In this document: positions 12,326 through 25,049 of the stretch, piece after piece
Position numbering within the stretch: position 1 is the stretch's first letter
How the letters are laid out: each line of letters opens with the position of its first letter
DNA from: Octopus sinensis
Lineage: Eukaryota
Direction of reading: 5' to 3'
Length of the DNA: 64,000 bases
Assembly: GCF_006345805.1 (NCBI RefSeq)
Contig: NC_042999.1
Coordinates: 147,684,001-147,748,000 of the forward strand
Made by a program: the position numbers and the translations under genes
The notes under the pieces: generated by a model
Database searches by the model: none
Told to the model about the DNA's origin: nothing
What the model saw: only the letters and a program-made list of their open reading frames with translations

Positions 12326-14084
12326 ATAATTTCACACAAATTATGCAAATCTTCTCAAATTTACACCTGTTTAGTTGACATCATGCCTTAACATAACCTA
12401 TATTCGGCGTTGCGAGTAAAACTTTCATCTTTCAATTGAACATCCATGTTCCATTTACAAACATCGTCTCTGCATTTGAATTTGGAAATATTGTACCTCC
12501 GTGGGAGGCAATGATCACCTATAATTTGGAACTCAAATTGAAGATATCAAGTCGCAAAATAATAAATGTGAGAAAAACATCAATACATGGCAGGTAATAC
12601 AGTTAAAATTTATTCTCGTTTTTCACCGAATTATAGAATGACACGTTCTAAATGTGTCATCCTGCCTCATAAAAAACGTCATTGTACAGAATAATCATGT
12701 CATCAGCTTTCAACAGATCCTAGCCAATCAATGTTACAAATCAGCACACACTGTAGTTGACGTTAGCTTCCAGGTATTTTCAAATGAATTAATAAATCAA
12801 CACTTTAATTAACAAATCCCCCTACCAAATAAAACGTGTGCCTCAGCACTATCATCAGCATCACTACCACTACCAATACCGCTACGACAAATATCCCTAC
12901 TATCACCACCTCCGCTACCACTATCATCATCAATATATTCATATTACCGACTGCAGCAGTAACGGGAGCAAGAGGAAATTCGCGATCATCGTCGTCGATG
13001 TTATCACATTTAGCCAACATTAATATTTTCCCACAAGCCATAAAACCAGTTTCTTTGTAGGTGACAATTATAGACTACAGAATTGACAACTATTATTTGC
13101 CAACTCCTAAGGGAAAAGACAAGGAACTGCAAATCGAATGGTGAACTGTAGTTATTTTATTAATATCTCGTTTATGCCATCTCCAGCTCCTATATCCAGA
13201 TTAATAATACTAAAATATGAACCTGTATTTGGCGTCGTTTTTGACTCATTCCTTGAAGTAATTATTATATTTATCATTGGCACAACATTGTATCAATAGA
13301 AAATACATTTATTATTTACTTGTTCACTCTACCTACCAGTAAAGAGGTACTGCGAATGGAACAATCTATATTTATCATTTGTTTCTGTTCACTAGAAATC
13401 CGAGTTACACTGCAACCTTGAAAGTGGTAACATGTATGCAACTCACTGAATTATTCCTAGTAATCCTATAAATGTCTGTCAAATCGTGTTAGATAATATC
13501 TTTCTAACTATTAGGAGAGATAGCGGACTGAAGCCTAATTTTTGTCTGAACTCAATCTTAAAGTGTCACCTTAATAAAATATAAGGAAAATTTCCTCATA
13601 AATCAAGTGTTCTTTTTGAATTACGTTTTGCTCACGTTTAAAATACAAGAAGTATACAGGCTACACCAATATTTTACTTCACACTCAGGTGCTGATTAAT
13701 TGTTACCGAAATAGATTCCAGCCTGTTGCACCAAAGCAGTCTTCTGATACGTCTGTTTGTTATAAAAATGCTAATCTAACCTATTGATATTGGTTCTATG
13801 CTAATGATATGCCGAAATAAATGTTTTCTCTTTCCAGACATTATATAGCGTTAATCCAGCGTGGGCAGAGCTGAAGTTTCTACAACGTGCAAAATCATAT
13901 CAAAATTTGAAAAATTAATAAATACATTTATTTTTTCAAAATTGTATCATTCACTCATCTTTTGTTACATGTAGCAACCAGCGTCACTATAGACGCCGTC
14001 ATTGTCGTCCTCATCGCCACTGTCGTCGTTTGCATCGTCGTTGTCTTATACTGATACCTGTATTCTGTGTAATATTCCAAATAT

Positions 14085-14495
14085 TAGTACAATGAAACAT
14101 CGGCTGGTGGTGATGTATCAAAGAGTGCGGAAAATTCACAGGTGAAAAAACGACTTAACAAAACTCTAATCTGGTTTCCGTTCAGTTCAAAACTAGTCAT
14201 GACACTTCCCCGAGTGGTCACTCCCCCCAAAACTTCTAAATTGAATATCTCATCTATTATATAAAATCCGTTCAGTCTGTCTCGGGCAACCTCCATCCGA
14301 TTGCGCTCAAATTTGATATGCAGATACCGACGGTATCAGGGCGTGCATAAGTCTTGAAAAAATTACAAAAATCGATTCCAGGTGAAAATACGATCGATAA
14401 AGCCGTGGTAACGTGCATTTGTACGCGCAAGTACATCAGCTGTTGCGATCGATACTACGCGTACGCGAGAAAAATGCACGGTGTCTCAAATTTAG
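14085..14495. mobile_element. Possible Helentron/HINE-like non-autonomous element
   Basis: Imperfect subterminal inverted repeats tgaaacatcg (14093-14102) and cggtgtctca (14479-14488). Internal ccgattgcgctcaaatttgatatg motif. GC-richer than the flanks. Confidence 0.35.
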
Positions 14496-14502
14496 ATTAA
14501 AT

Positions 14503-14562
14503 CAGTGTTTCTCAAAGGGGAGGCCTATGGGACGGTCGGAGAAGTTGTTTTGAGAAAATGTG
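14503..14562. mobile_element. Tiny hAT-type MITE remnant
   Basis: TIR cagtgtttctcaaa / tttgagaaaatgtg (11/14). Flanking 8-mers gattaaat and gtttaaat (7/8) fit an 8-bp hAT TSD. Confidence 0.5.
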
Positions 14563-16362
14563 GTTTAAATGTTTGACAACTCAATACCGTCCATTGGGCG
14601 GGGGGGGGTGCGTTTTGCTCGTATTTTATATAAGCTTAATGATAATTTTTTTATGATGACACTAAGGGTGATGTAAATTATGTTTGTGTTTTCTGGAATC
14701 AAGACTTTTAATTCACCTATACCATTTGTTATTCAGTACTATGTGATTCTACTCAATCTAAATGTTTATGAAATTAATTTTAGTTTACATCGTTATTCTT
14801 TGAAGGTAAAATAAATTTAGTACGTTTTCTTTGAAACGGATATTTACTGGAAGGAAAGACGCTATTTAAATGTGAACGATTAAAAAGATTAAACAAAAAT
14901 CCGTTTTGCTTCCAGGGATCAAAACCTAAACCCGGACTTTCATTCTTCTGTTGATTACGGGTTACTCTCCATTGACCATTCGAAAAACAAACTGTTTATA
15001 GATCTTTTGAACTTTTTACAAGGCTATATCTTAAAATATTTGAAAATACGAAGAATTATATCTTAGAAGGACACTAATACTGTATTTAATTAATCACAAA
15101 TAATCATATAACAAACAAATCAGCCGGCAAGATTAAGGAATAACGTGGCTCAAATTTATATATGGGTCGTATCCAGTTAGTCATCGAACAAAATATACGC
15201 CACGAGTCTCCTATAAAATACTTGTTTGTTCTACATAAAAGAAACATACATAAGCCAACAAAAAGACGCAGAAAATGTATATGAATGCATTTAGTGGATT
15301 ATAATGCATATCATTCTATATACATTAATTGGATTATGACAGATAATCTGTTGCTAATCGACGATTACTGTTCATATGAAATATCACAATCCATCATATG
15401 TGCGGTGAAGTGTCCTTTTCCACTTATTTCTATAGTAGTGCAGCTGCAGTTACCTATCTTCAATCTTTGTGTTCTATCCACGTCCTTATGTCACAGGCGA
15501 GTTGTATTATGTTTTATTGTAATTATAGGGAGAATATTTGGCTTCACTGTTGAATACACTTCATCCATTGTACATGTCCAGGTCAACAGGCATTTTTTGT
15601 ACTAATATATTTTTATTATATCTTATGGAGCTTAGTTTTCTCTATGATCAATGTGTTCCTGACAGTAAAATTCTTCGTCATCTGCTTCAGGTCTCATCAA
15701 TGAAAGTATGTTCATCATATAACTATTTGCTGTTTATCTTCCATACCCAATATCTTCGGACTAGATGTTGTAAATATAATTCCCCAATATACTTAGTTTT
15801 CTCTTCATTTGACCAGATAAGCGCTTGTTGTATATCTATTGCTGTCTCTGCCCCTTCCGAATGTCAAGCTGACCTTCATCATTCTGCAATCAGATTCTCC
15901 AACAGACCTATCGTTTTAAATGATCGTGTTGCAAGGATAGACAAGGGGGCCAGCTTCTTCCCTTCAATAACAATAGAATCAATTTCTATTTCTTCGAGCC
16001 ACGAAAACTTGCATAAATTTTGCATTGTAAAATAGAGGATGAATTGCCCGTAAATCGCCAACTTCAAATAGAGATCTTCAAAGAGTGTTCACCTCTATAT
16101 CTCATACTTTTGAGATAAACGCTATCAATTCTGATACATTCACCCTGAGAATGAGCAGGCTGCGATCAACGCCTACATTACGCCAGCATTTCAACCATTC
16201 ATACATGAGCAGAGTATTGAATCACACATTTTCGTACAAATTTTACATGCTACTAGTACTTGGTTTCCTACGTGGGAAGTCTGTAATATATTTAGATGAA
16301 AATGTAAACATTTTCTTTCTATAATATTCTCAAAGAATTTCAAAGTTTATAAATACGTTGCG

Positions 16363-16577
16363 TTGTGTTCTTGATAAGCACTTCATTTCACGTTGCTCTG
16401 CGATCATTTCGTCATCCGATACGTGGCACCCGTTGCACCTGTACAGGTGATGTTGATTTGATGGAAGGAGTGAGCTTATGTGTATACAAACATTTGATCA
16501 CTATAATCAAATCATATGCGTGGTTGTTAGGTAAGAAATTGTCGAACCCGCATACGTCGTCTAGCGACAAAGGAGAG
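16363..16577 (+). mobile_element. Old SINE family E, body fragment
   Basis: Shares ordered blocks with 55030-55325: cacttcat.tca.gtt, gat.cgtggcac, cacctgt.cag, gatttgatgga, tttgatcactataa. Confidence 0.6.
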
Positions 16578-16614
16578 TACATCGTGTATAATTATATATA
16601 TATATATATATATA

Positions 16615-17032
16615 TACTCTTTTACTCTTTTACTTGTTTCAGTCATTTGACTGCGGCCATGCTGGAGGACCACCTTTAGTCGAGCAAATCGACGCCGGGA
16701 CTTATTCTTTGTAAGCCCAGTACTTGTTCTATCGGTCACTTTTTGCCGAACCGCTAAGTGACGGGGACGAAAACACACCAGCATCAGTTGTCAAGCGATG
16801 GTGGGGGGACAAACACAGACACACAAACATATACACACATATACATATATATATATGTACATATATACGACAGGCTACTTTCAGTTTCCGTCTACCAAAT
16901 CCACTCACAAGGCATTGGTCAACCCGAAGCTATAGCAGAAGACACTTGCCCAAGGTGGCCACGCAGTGGGACTGAACCCGGAACCGTGTGGTTGGTAAGC
17001 AAGAATACTTACCACACAGCCACTCCTGCGCC
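16615..17032 (-). mobile_element. Full-length tRNA-derived SINE family A
   Basis: Minus strand reads ggcgcaggagtggctgtgtggtaag...ggttcagtccc (A/B-box-like), then ccttgggcaagtgtcttc (CORE-like), an internal (CA/TA) microsatellite and a (gagtaaaa)n tail. Confidence 0.9.
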
Positions 17033-17050
17033 TATATATAATATATATAT

Positions 17051-17114
<64 letters not shown>

Positions 17115-17147
17115 CGTATGTATGTATGTATGCATGTATAATATGTA

Positions 17148-17193
<46 letters not shown>

Positions 17194-17230
17194 ATAGATA
17201 GATAGATAGATAGATAACACACATATATAC

Positions 17231-17265
<35 letters not shown>

Positions 17266-17399
17266 GGGGAGGAGTCCAGTGTAATCCATAGGCAGGTGAA
17301 GTGTAGAAAGTCCACCAGAGAATCTGTAGAAGTTCGTGGGTGATGAGAGGAGACAGGATCAACCGGTGCGACCACGTAAGCGTGTAATATATGGGGAGA

Positions 17400-17596
17400 A
17401 TTCACAACAAACAAAACAAGGGACGAAGAGAGGTGATGTAGAAAACATACAGATGTATTTGTATAACGCTTGGGAAGTAGAAAAAGTCTTTAACGTTTCG
17501 AGCCTACGTTCTTCCACAGAAAGGAACACAGAAAGAAACAAAGAGAGAAAATAAAGAATGTGTAGTGGCGGATAGTTCGCTAGCCACTACACATTC
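17400..17596 (-). mobile_element. PLE pseudo-LTR-like repeat (gagcgtaggctcgaaacg family) with terminal 14-bp hairpin
   Basis: Reverse complement aligns with 28480-28640 and 38880-39065. Variant hammerhead at 17488-17523. Inverted repeat gaatgtgtagtggc/gccactacacattc at 17556-17569 and 17583-17596. Confidence 0.7.
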
Positions 17597-17636
17597 AACT
17601 TTGTGAACATTTTCCCCCTACATTACATGTATATGG

Positions 17637-17693
<57 letters not shown>

Positions 17694-17695
<2 letters not shown>

Positions 17696-18166
17696 GTATG
17701 TCAGGTCATTTTCGAGTGCTACTGGTAACATGTAACCCAGTACAACCTGTTGCATGGTCGGGTTGTCGGCGACTAAACCGGCAACCCCACCAAGCTTGCT
17801 TGGTGAGGAGGGTGTTTATTGGACACCCTGCGGGTTGAAAAAAGGACCGTCAAAGGGCGGAGGAACTCTTGAGAGTCAACGGCCATCCAATAAATGACTT
17901 AAGGATGTATCATGCGCGGGGACATAGAAATAATCGGACTGAATACCCGATCGCGCGGTTAAACCATTGGGAGTGAAGGACTCCTAGCCTTTGTTAGGGC
18001 ATCCTTCTAGGAGAAGGTAACTCAGGTAACTGGGATAACTCCGATATAAAACCTGCGGCTCAGTGGTTACCGATGATGTTTATTTGATCTTCTTTTCGGA
18101 TTATGGCTGCTGTTGCTTAGTGAGTGAGATTGACTCAGTGCACAGCCTTTCCTCACTTAAAAAAAA
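17694..18166 (+). mobile_element. Structured non-coding retroelement fragment, possibly RTE-LINE 5' UTR-derived
   Basis: Three consecutive hairpins (17761-17786, 17788-17805, 17809-17829). The motif agggcatccttctaggagaaggtaactc recalls RTE 5' UTRs. Short A-tail at 18159-18166. Confidence 0.4.
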
Positions 18167-18277
18167 TCTTCTTGCTCAGGCATTGCACGATAACAACATT
18201 GATTAAGTTTCGTGCAATGGCCATACTCGATAACGAGGGGGCAGCCCATATATAGTGAGAGAGAGATACACATATAC

Positions 18278-18330
<53 letters not shown>

Positions 18331-18370
18331 TAATATATATATATATACATATATACATATATAATATATA

Positions 18371-18401
<31 letters not shown>

Positions 18402-19189
18402 ATATATATATAATATATATATATAATAGATAGATAGATGCTTACATACATATATGCTACATACATACATACATACATGCATGCATATACATGTTTCTGT
18501 GTGTGGCGTGCGTATGTGTGCGTATGTATGCGTATGTATGTAGCATATATGTATGTATGTAAGCATCTATCTATCTATCTATATATATGTATATATCTAT
18601 CTATCTATCTATAAATATATATTCAATATGTTTATAATCCAGAAACATGATGTTCACAGATAACCACCAGACTTCGTTTTCGTTATCTATCCCTTCCGTT
18701 TTGCATATGTGAATTACAGGGTTTGTCGTGCCCGGAGTCCCACTTTGATAGAAATAAGCATTCTTGACTGCTATTTCTATTTTTTCGGTATGCGGTCAAG
18801 CAACCTGTTGCTTGTCCCTTTTTCTTATATACAATATATATACTGAACTTTACAGAAGTTCCTGCCGGTAATCGGCTATATTTACATACCGAATTCTACC
18901 AGTAAGTAATTGTGGTTTTTTTAAAAACCTTTATAGAAATTATTTACTCTTATTATTATATTACTAATTGGATTTTTCACTCCCTTACGACAACCAAATG
19001 GTTCCTACTCATATGGAACTATTTTTGTAGTGCGCATGGCAAAATTTTGGAGGGAATATTTACGAATTCAAACGTCTATGTAGGTTTAGCCTTTGCTCAC
19101 TTTCTTCAAATATTTTGATGTCGCATGGTCAGAAGGTTTGAGGTACGTAGCATTTGATAAATCTATGATAAATCTATTTCAATGGAAAG

Positions 19190-19300
19190 CTGTGCTGAAG
19201 AAGATGTGAAATATATATGCAATGTATATGAATATATATCACAAATATATATGAAATATATATTCAATATGTTTATAATCCAGAAACATGATGTTCACAG
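19190..19300 (+). ncRNA. Type I hammerhead, array copy 1 (helix II shortened by one base)
   Basis: ctgtg-CTGAAGA-a-gat...atc-c-a-GAA-ACAT-g-ATGT-T-cacag. Confidence 0.6.
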
Positions 19301-19826
19301 ATAACCACCAGACTTCGTTTTCGTTATCTATCCCTTCCGTTTTGCATATGTGAATTACAGGGTTTGTCGTGCCCGGAGTCCCACTTTGATAGAAATAAGC
19401 ATTCTTGACTGCTATTTCTATTTTTTCGGTATGCGGTCAAGCAACCTGTTGCTTGTCCCTTTTTCTTATATACAATATATATACTGAACTTTACAGAAGT
19501 TCCTGCCGGTAATCGGCTATATTTACATACCGAATTCTACCAGTAAATAATTGTGGTTTTTTTAAAAACCTTTATAGAAATTATTTACTCTTATTATTAT
19601 ATTACTAATTGGATTTTTCACTCCCTACGACAACCAAATGGTTCCTACTCATATGGAACTATTTTTGTAGTGCGCATGGCAAAATTTTGGAGGGAAGATT
19701 TACGAATTCAAACGTCTATATAGTTTAGCCTTTGCTCACTTTCTTCAAATATGTTGATGTCGCATGGTCAGAAGGTTTGAGGTACGTAGCATTTGATTAA
19801 TCTATGATAATCTATTTCAATGGAAG

Positions 19827-19937
19827 CTGTGCTGAAGAAGGATGTGAAATATATATGCAATGTATATGAAATATATATCAAAAATATATATGAAATATAT
19901 TTCAATGTTTTATAATCCAGAAACATGATGTTCACAG
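19827..19937 (+). ncRNA. Type I hammerhead, array copy 2
   Basis: ctgtg-CTGAAGA-a-ggat[AT-rich loop]atcc-a-GAA-ACAT-g-ATGT-T-cacag. Helix I is 5 bp, predicted cleavage at 19932/19933. Confidence 0.7.
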
Positions 19938-20464
19938 ATAACCACCAGACTTCGTTTTCGTTATCTATCCCTTCCGTTTTGCATATGTGAATTACAGGGT
20001 TTGTCGTGCCCGGAGTCCCACTTTGATAGAAATAAGCATTCTTGACTGCTATTTCTATTTTTTCGGTATGCGGTCAAGCAACCTGTTGCTTGTCCCTTTT
20101 TCTTATATACAATATATATACTGAACTTTACAGAAGTTCCTGCCGGTAATCGGCTATATTTACATACCGAATTCTACCAGTAAGTAATTGTGGTTTTTTT
20201 AAAAACCTTTATAGAAATTATTTACTCTTATTATTATATTACTAATTGGATTTTTCACTCCCTTACGACAACCAAATGGTTCCTACTCATATGGAACTAT
20301 TTTTGTAGTGCGCATGGCAAAATTTTGGAGGGAATATTTACGAATTCAAACGTCTATGTAGGTTTAGCCTTGCTCACTTTCTTCAAATATTGATGTCGCA
20401 TGGTCAGAAGGTTTGAGGTACGTAGCATTTGATAAATCTATGATAAATCTATTTCAATGGAAAG

Positions 20465-20577
20465 CTGTGCTGAAGAAGGATGTGAAATATATATGCAATG
20501 TATATGAAATATATATCAAAAATATATATGAAATATATATTCAATATGTTTATAATCCAGAAACATGATGTTCACAG
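20465..20577 (+). ncRNA. Type I hammerhead, array copy 3
   Basis: Same motif as copy 2. Predicted cleavage at 20572/20573. Confidence 0.7.
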
Positions 20578-21106
20578 ATAACCACCAGACTTCGTTTTCG
20601 TTATCTATCCCTTCCGTTTTGCATATGTGAATTACAGGGTTTGTCGTGCCCGGAGTCCCACTTTGATAGAAATAAGCATTCTTGACTGCTATTTCTATTT
20701 TTTCGGTATGCGGTCAAGCAACCTGTTGCTTGTCCCTTTTTCTTATATACAATATATATACTGAACTTTACAGAAGTTCCTGCCGGTATCGGCTATATTT
20801 ACATACCGAATTCTACCAGTAAATAATTGTGGTTTTTTTAAAAACCTTTATAGATATTATTTACTCTTATTATTATATTACTAATTGGATTTTTCACTCC
20901 CTTACGACAACCAAATGGTTCCTACTCATATGGAACTATTTTTGTAGTGCGCATGGCAAAATTTTGGAGGGAAGATTTACGAATTCAAACGTCTATGTAG
21001 GTTTAGCCTTTGCTCACTTTCTTCAAACATTTTGATGTCGCATGGTCAGAAGGTTTGAGGTACGTAGCATTTGATAAATCTATGATAAATCTATTTCAAT
21101 GGAAAG

Positions 21107-21217
21107 CTGTGCTGAAGAAGGATGTGAAATATATATGCAATGTATATGAAATATATATCAAAAATATATGAAATATATATTCAATATGTTTATAATCCAG
21201 AAACATGATGTTCACAG
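21107..21217 (+). ncRNA. Type I hammerhead, array copy 4
   Basis: Same motif as copy 2. Predicted cleavage at 21212/21213. Confidence 0.7.
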
Positions 21218-21723
21218 ATAACCACCAGACTTCGTTTTCGTTATCTATCCCTTCCGTTTTGCATATGTGAATTACAGGGTTTGTCGTGCCCGGAGTCCCA
21301 CTTTGATAGAAATAAGCATTCTTGACTGCTATTTCTATATTTTCGGTATGCGGTCAAGCAACCTGTTGCTTGTCCCTTTTTCTTATATACAATATATATA
21401 CTGAACTTTACAGAAGTTCCTGCCGGTAATCGGCTATATTTACATACCGAATTCTACCAGTAAATAATTGTGGTTTTTTTAAAAACCTTTATAGAAATTA
21501 TTTACTCTTATTATTATATAGATAGATAGATAGATAGATAGATGCTTACATACATACATATATGCTACATACATACATACATACATACATACATGCATGC
21601 ATATACATGTTTCTGTGTGTGTGCGTGCGTCTGTGTGCGTGTGTTTGAGTGTGTGTGTGTGTGCGTGCGTCACTGTGCGTGCGTCTCTGTGCGTGCGTGC
21701 GTATGCGTGCGTGTGTATGCGTG

Positions 21724-21771
<48 letters not shown>

Positions 21772-23215
21772 TGTGTGTGTGTGTATGTGTGTATATGTAT
21801 AAACACACACATATCTGTGCGTTGTCCTTTTTAGTATGTGTGACATGGTATGCTGAAATCCGGCAATGACTAAATTTTTATACTTACATTTCATATACGC
21901 TTTTTTCCTTGCAGTCATAAAGCAGTCATTTCCCAAAATGTCCACATTATTAATGGCTGAACTGTTCCCCTTTATCTCGAATTTGTTTTGAAATGCAAGA
22001 GTACTTTTTTTTTCATTCGAATATATATCAGATGATATCGTACCGTAGGCTGCCTGACGTCTATACTTTTTCGACCAATAGTTAGCACTGCACTCAACAC
22101 AGTCATTTCAAAGATGCCTTGTAAAAAACTTGATCGAAACCATACAATCACTGTGATACGACAGAATATCCTACGCTATGAACATGTTCATGAAGTGACT
22201 AACCTGTGAGAAAATTTCGTGTGTGGAACCAAAAGAAAAGGTGATATAAGTGATGAAAATACATGAGAAATGTTCGGGGACAGGAAATGCTGACTGAATA
22301 TCTCTCACCACTCTATGTCCCTCGGGGAACGGGTACAACTAATACTGATTATAGTTAGCGTAATTCATTTGCAGCATCTGTTGCTACTGTAATTCCGCAA
22401 ATATCACTATCTTTCGTTGTTGTTAGTCGAAATATTTTCCACTCATCTTGCTTTGAGGAGGTGGACTAGTATTTTATTCTGAGATACATTGTTCAGAATC
22501 TACATTAGTGTAGGTTACAGGTACACATAGAAAGTAAAACAGGCGAGTTTCCATTTCGTATTTCACCTGATTATATATGATTGTATGGTATTTCTGGTAC
22601 CACCTTGCGTCTAATATAATATCACATCACGATACCTGCAACGAAGATATGAAACCTGCAATGAACAAATGGAAATCAGATTCAAAACATTTCAACATTC
22701 CATTTAGAATATCTCTTTAAAATTAAATCAGTTGAAATTCTATTTCTGCAATCTCCTTAGTTATTTATTAGTATCACTTCACCAGAGTGTAGTAGTTAGA
22801 ATACTCCATTAGCGTTTAATAGGTCTAAGTGTCTTCATATATTTGTAAAATATTTCAGCTTTTTTCTATGAGTGTTCGGTATTATTTGTGACCATTACGT
22901 CTAATTCCAACAAATACATTTTTCTATTGTCTGCAAAACGTCGATGTAAATTTCAATAAATCATTGTACACGTCATTCCATCACAGTCATATGAAAAAGA
23001 TATAATATGAATACGATATTTTTTTCTTGAGACATACAAACAGTGTACGTGTGCGTGTGCGTGCGTGTGTGGGGGGAGGCGTGCGCACTATTTAAGCAAA
23101 ATTTTAAAGTTTTATTTTAAAATCAATGTAACATCATTTCCATTTTTGAATACATGAGTGATATTGAATACTTAATTATTTTGATTTATTTATTTCATAA
23201 CATAAAATACTTAAT

Positions 23216-23292
<77 letters not shown>

Positions 23293-23294
23293 TA

Positions 23295-24077
23295 TACGAG
23301 GTCTGATCAATAAGTATCTGGAGTGTTGTCATTGTAACGAAGCTAAAACAAGCAGAGTGAGGCTGCTTTGTAAAGATTGACCGTGAAGTACGCGGTGCAA
23401 GTGCATTAAGTTTTAACGTTCTGGCTCACTTCCGGTATTTACAGCAGTGCTTGGAAGGAAGATATGTAGCGTGGGATCCTCGCATTGATCATGGCAGAGA
23501 AAGTTGTCATGGCAATATCTGCTCAGACGCCAACGCAAATTTGATTTGCCGAAAATTTATGGAGAGGAGTGTATGAGCCGTAAACAAGTGTACGAGACTT
23601 TCAGACGTTATCAAGATGGCCGAAAAAATGTCTATATTGACAAACCTTCTTGGAGACACGCAACGAGCATAACTGAGAAAACCATCGCAGCTGTGAGCGG
23701 AAATTTTCGAACGAACATCCATAAGTTATCATAGGATCAGCAGATAAGTTATGGTTCATCTGAGTCCATCATCACTGACGATTTGGGCATGAGACGGGTG
23801 TCTGACAAGTTTGTGCCAAAAATGCTTTCAGCTGACCAAAACGACTATCGGGTTTCAGTTGCACAAGATCTTGATTATGTCCAGAACGATGAACATCTTT
23901 TGAAAACTTTTCGTAGGCCTCTGAGCAGGTATCGCCAGACTGTTGGCAAAATTTGATGCAGATCCTTTGCTCCACTTTCACTGTCATGTTCAATGCGACG
24001 ATCACATACTACACACCTTCCTCCAAGCACTGCTGTAAAAAAACGGAATTCAGTTAGGATGTTAAAACTTAATGCAC
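23295..24077 (+). mobile_element. Deleted mariner with an inverted copy of its own 5' region
   Basis: TA+cgaggtctgatcaataagt terminus. Remnants YGEECMSRKQVYETFRRYQDGRKNV and DDLGMRRVSDKFVPKML on +. About 23918-24077 is a reverse-oriented 5' segment encoding EQRICIKFC. Confidence 0.8.
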
Positions 24078-24107
24078 AATAAAAAGGCAAAAAAAACATA
24101 TAAGTAC

Positions 24108-24521
24108 ACTCTTTCACTCTTTTACTTGTTTCAGTCATTTGACTGCGGCCTGGCTGGAGCACTGTCTTTAGTCGAGCAAATCGACCACAGGGCTTATTCT
24201 TTGGAAGCCTAGTACTTATTCTATCGGTCTCTTTTGCCGAACCGCTAAGTTACGGGGACGTAAACACACCAGCATCGGTTGTCAAGTGATGTTGGGGGGG
24301 CAAACACAGACACAAACATGCACACACACACATACACACAAGCAAACACACACACACACATATATATACATATGTACGACAGGCTTTTTTTCAGTTTACC
24401 AAATCCACTCACAAGGCTTTGGTCGGCCCGAGGCGATAGTAGAAGTCGCCCAAGGTGCCATGCAGTGGGACTGAACCCGGAACCATGTGGTTGGTTAGCA
24501 AGCTACTTACCACACATCCAC
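24108..24521 (-). mobile_element. SINE family A
   Basis: Colinear with 16615-17032. Confidence 0.9.
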
Positions 24522-25049
24522 AAAATTATTCAGTGAAAAACTGTAAAATCGAATTCACTAAGACGATATAAGAAAAAAAAAGCTGCATCGATGCATTAGC
24601 AAATGCTATACATAGTAATCAGTTGATTATATTAATTCCCATACTATGATTGCTCATTATCCGAGACCTACGAATTTGTAAGCATGTTCACATTTTTGAG
24701 CGACTGTAAAAAAGAAGACATATACAGTAACGGAGTGAGTTATGTGAGAAATCGGAGAGAGAGCAAAATTATGAAGAATTTTCCTTCGCTTTGACTTTTA
24801 TAATTCTTAATTGTTTACTTGCTTTTCATCTACATTCGTAAGCGGCCATATCATTTACCAACTCTTTAATTCTGAACTTCGACAAGTCCCATACTTTCAT
24901 ACAGCATACCCTTCCTTATTTGAGAAAATCTCTATAAAAGTATCTTAAATTTGAAAACCATTGAGTGTATGTGTGTTTATAAGAAGGTATTTGCTTGGGT
25001 TACTTTGTTTCGAACCATTCATCATCTTGCTTAAGTTAGAATCAACATA

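Larger units (their letters stand above)
18615..21518 (+). repeat. ~640-bp tandem array, ~4.5 near-identical units, one hammerhead per unit (retrozyme-like)
   Basis: gaaacatgatgttcacag recurs with equivalent positions at 18654, 19295, 19932, 20572 and 21212 (periods 641, 637, 640, 640). Units differ mainly by single-base indels and a few substitutions. Confidence 0.95.

Noticed and set aside
15600-16330. Coding-looking minus-strand fragments (e.g. FTMQNLCKFSWLEEIEIDS, LLMYEWLKCWRN)
   Set aside because: Multiple stops and no recognisable domain. It could be an old pseudo-exon, but this is unsupported without a tblastn search.
18615-21518. Array as CRISPR, or the repeated 67-68-aa ORF (MVFLKTFIEII...) as a gene
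   Set aside because: Units are contiguous ~640-bp copies with no unique spacers. The ORF starts at GTG, is frameshifted in some copies and resembles no protein I recognise.
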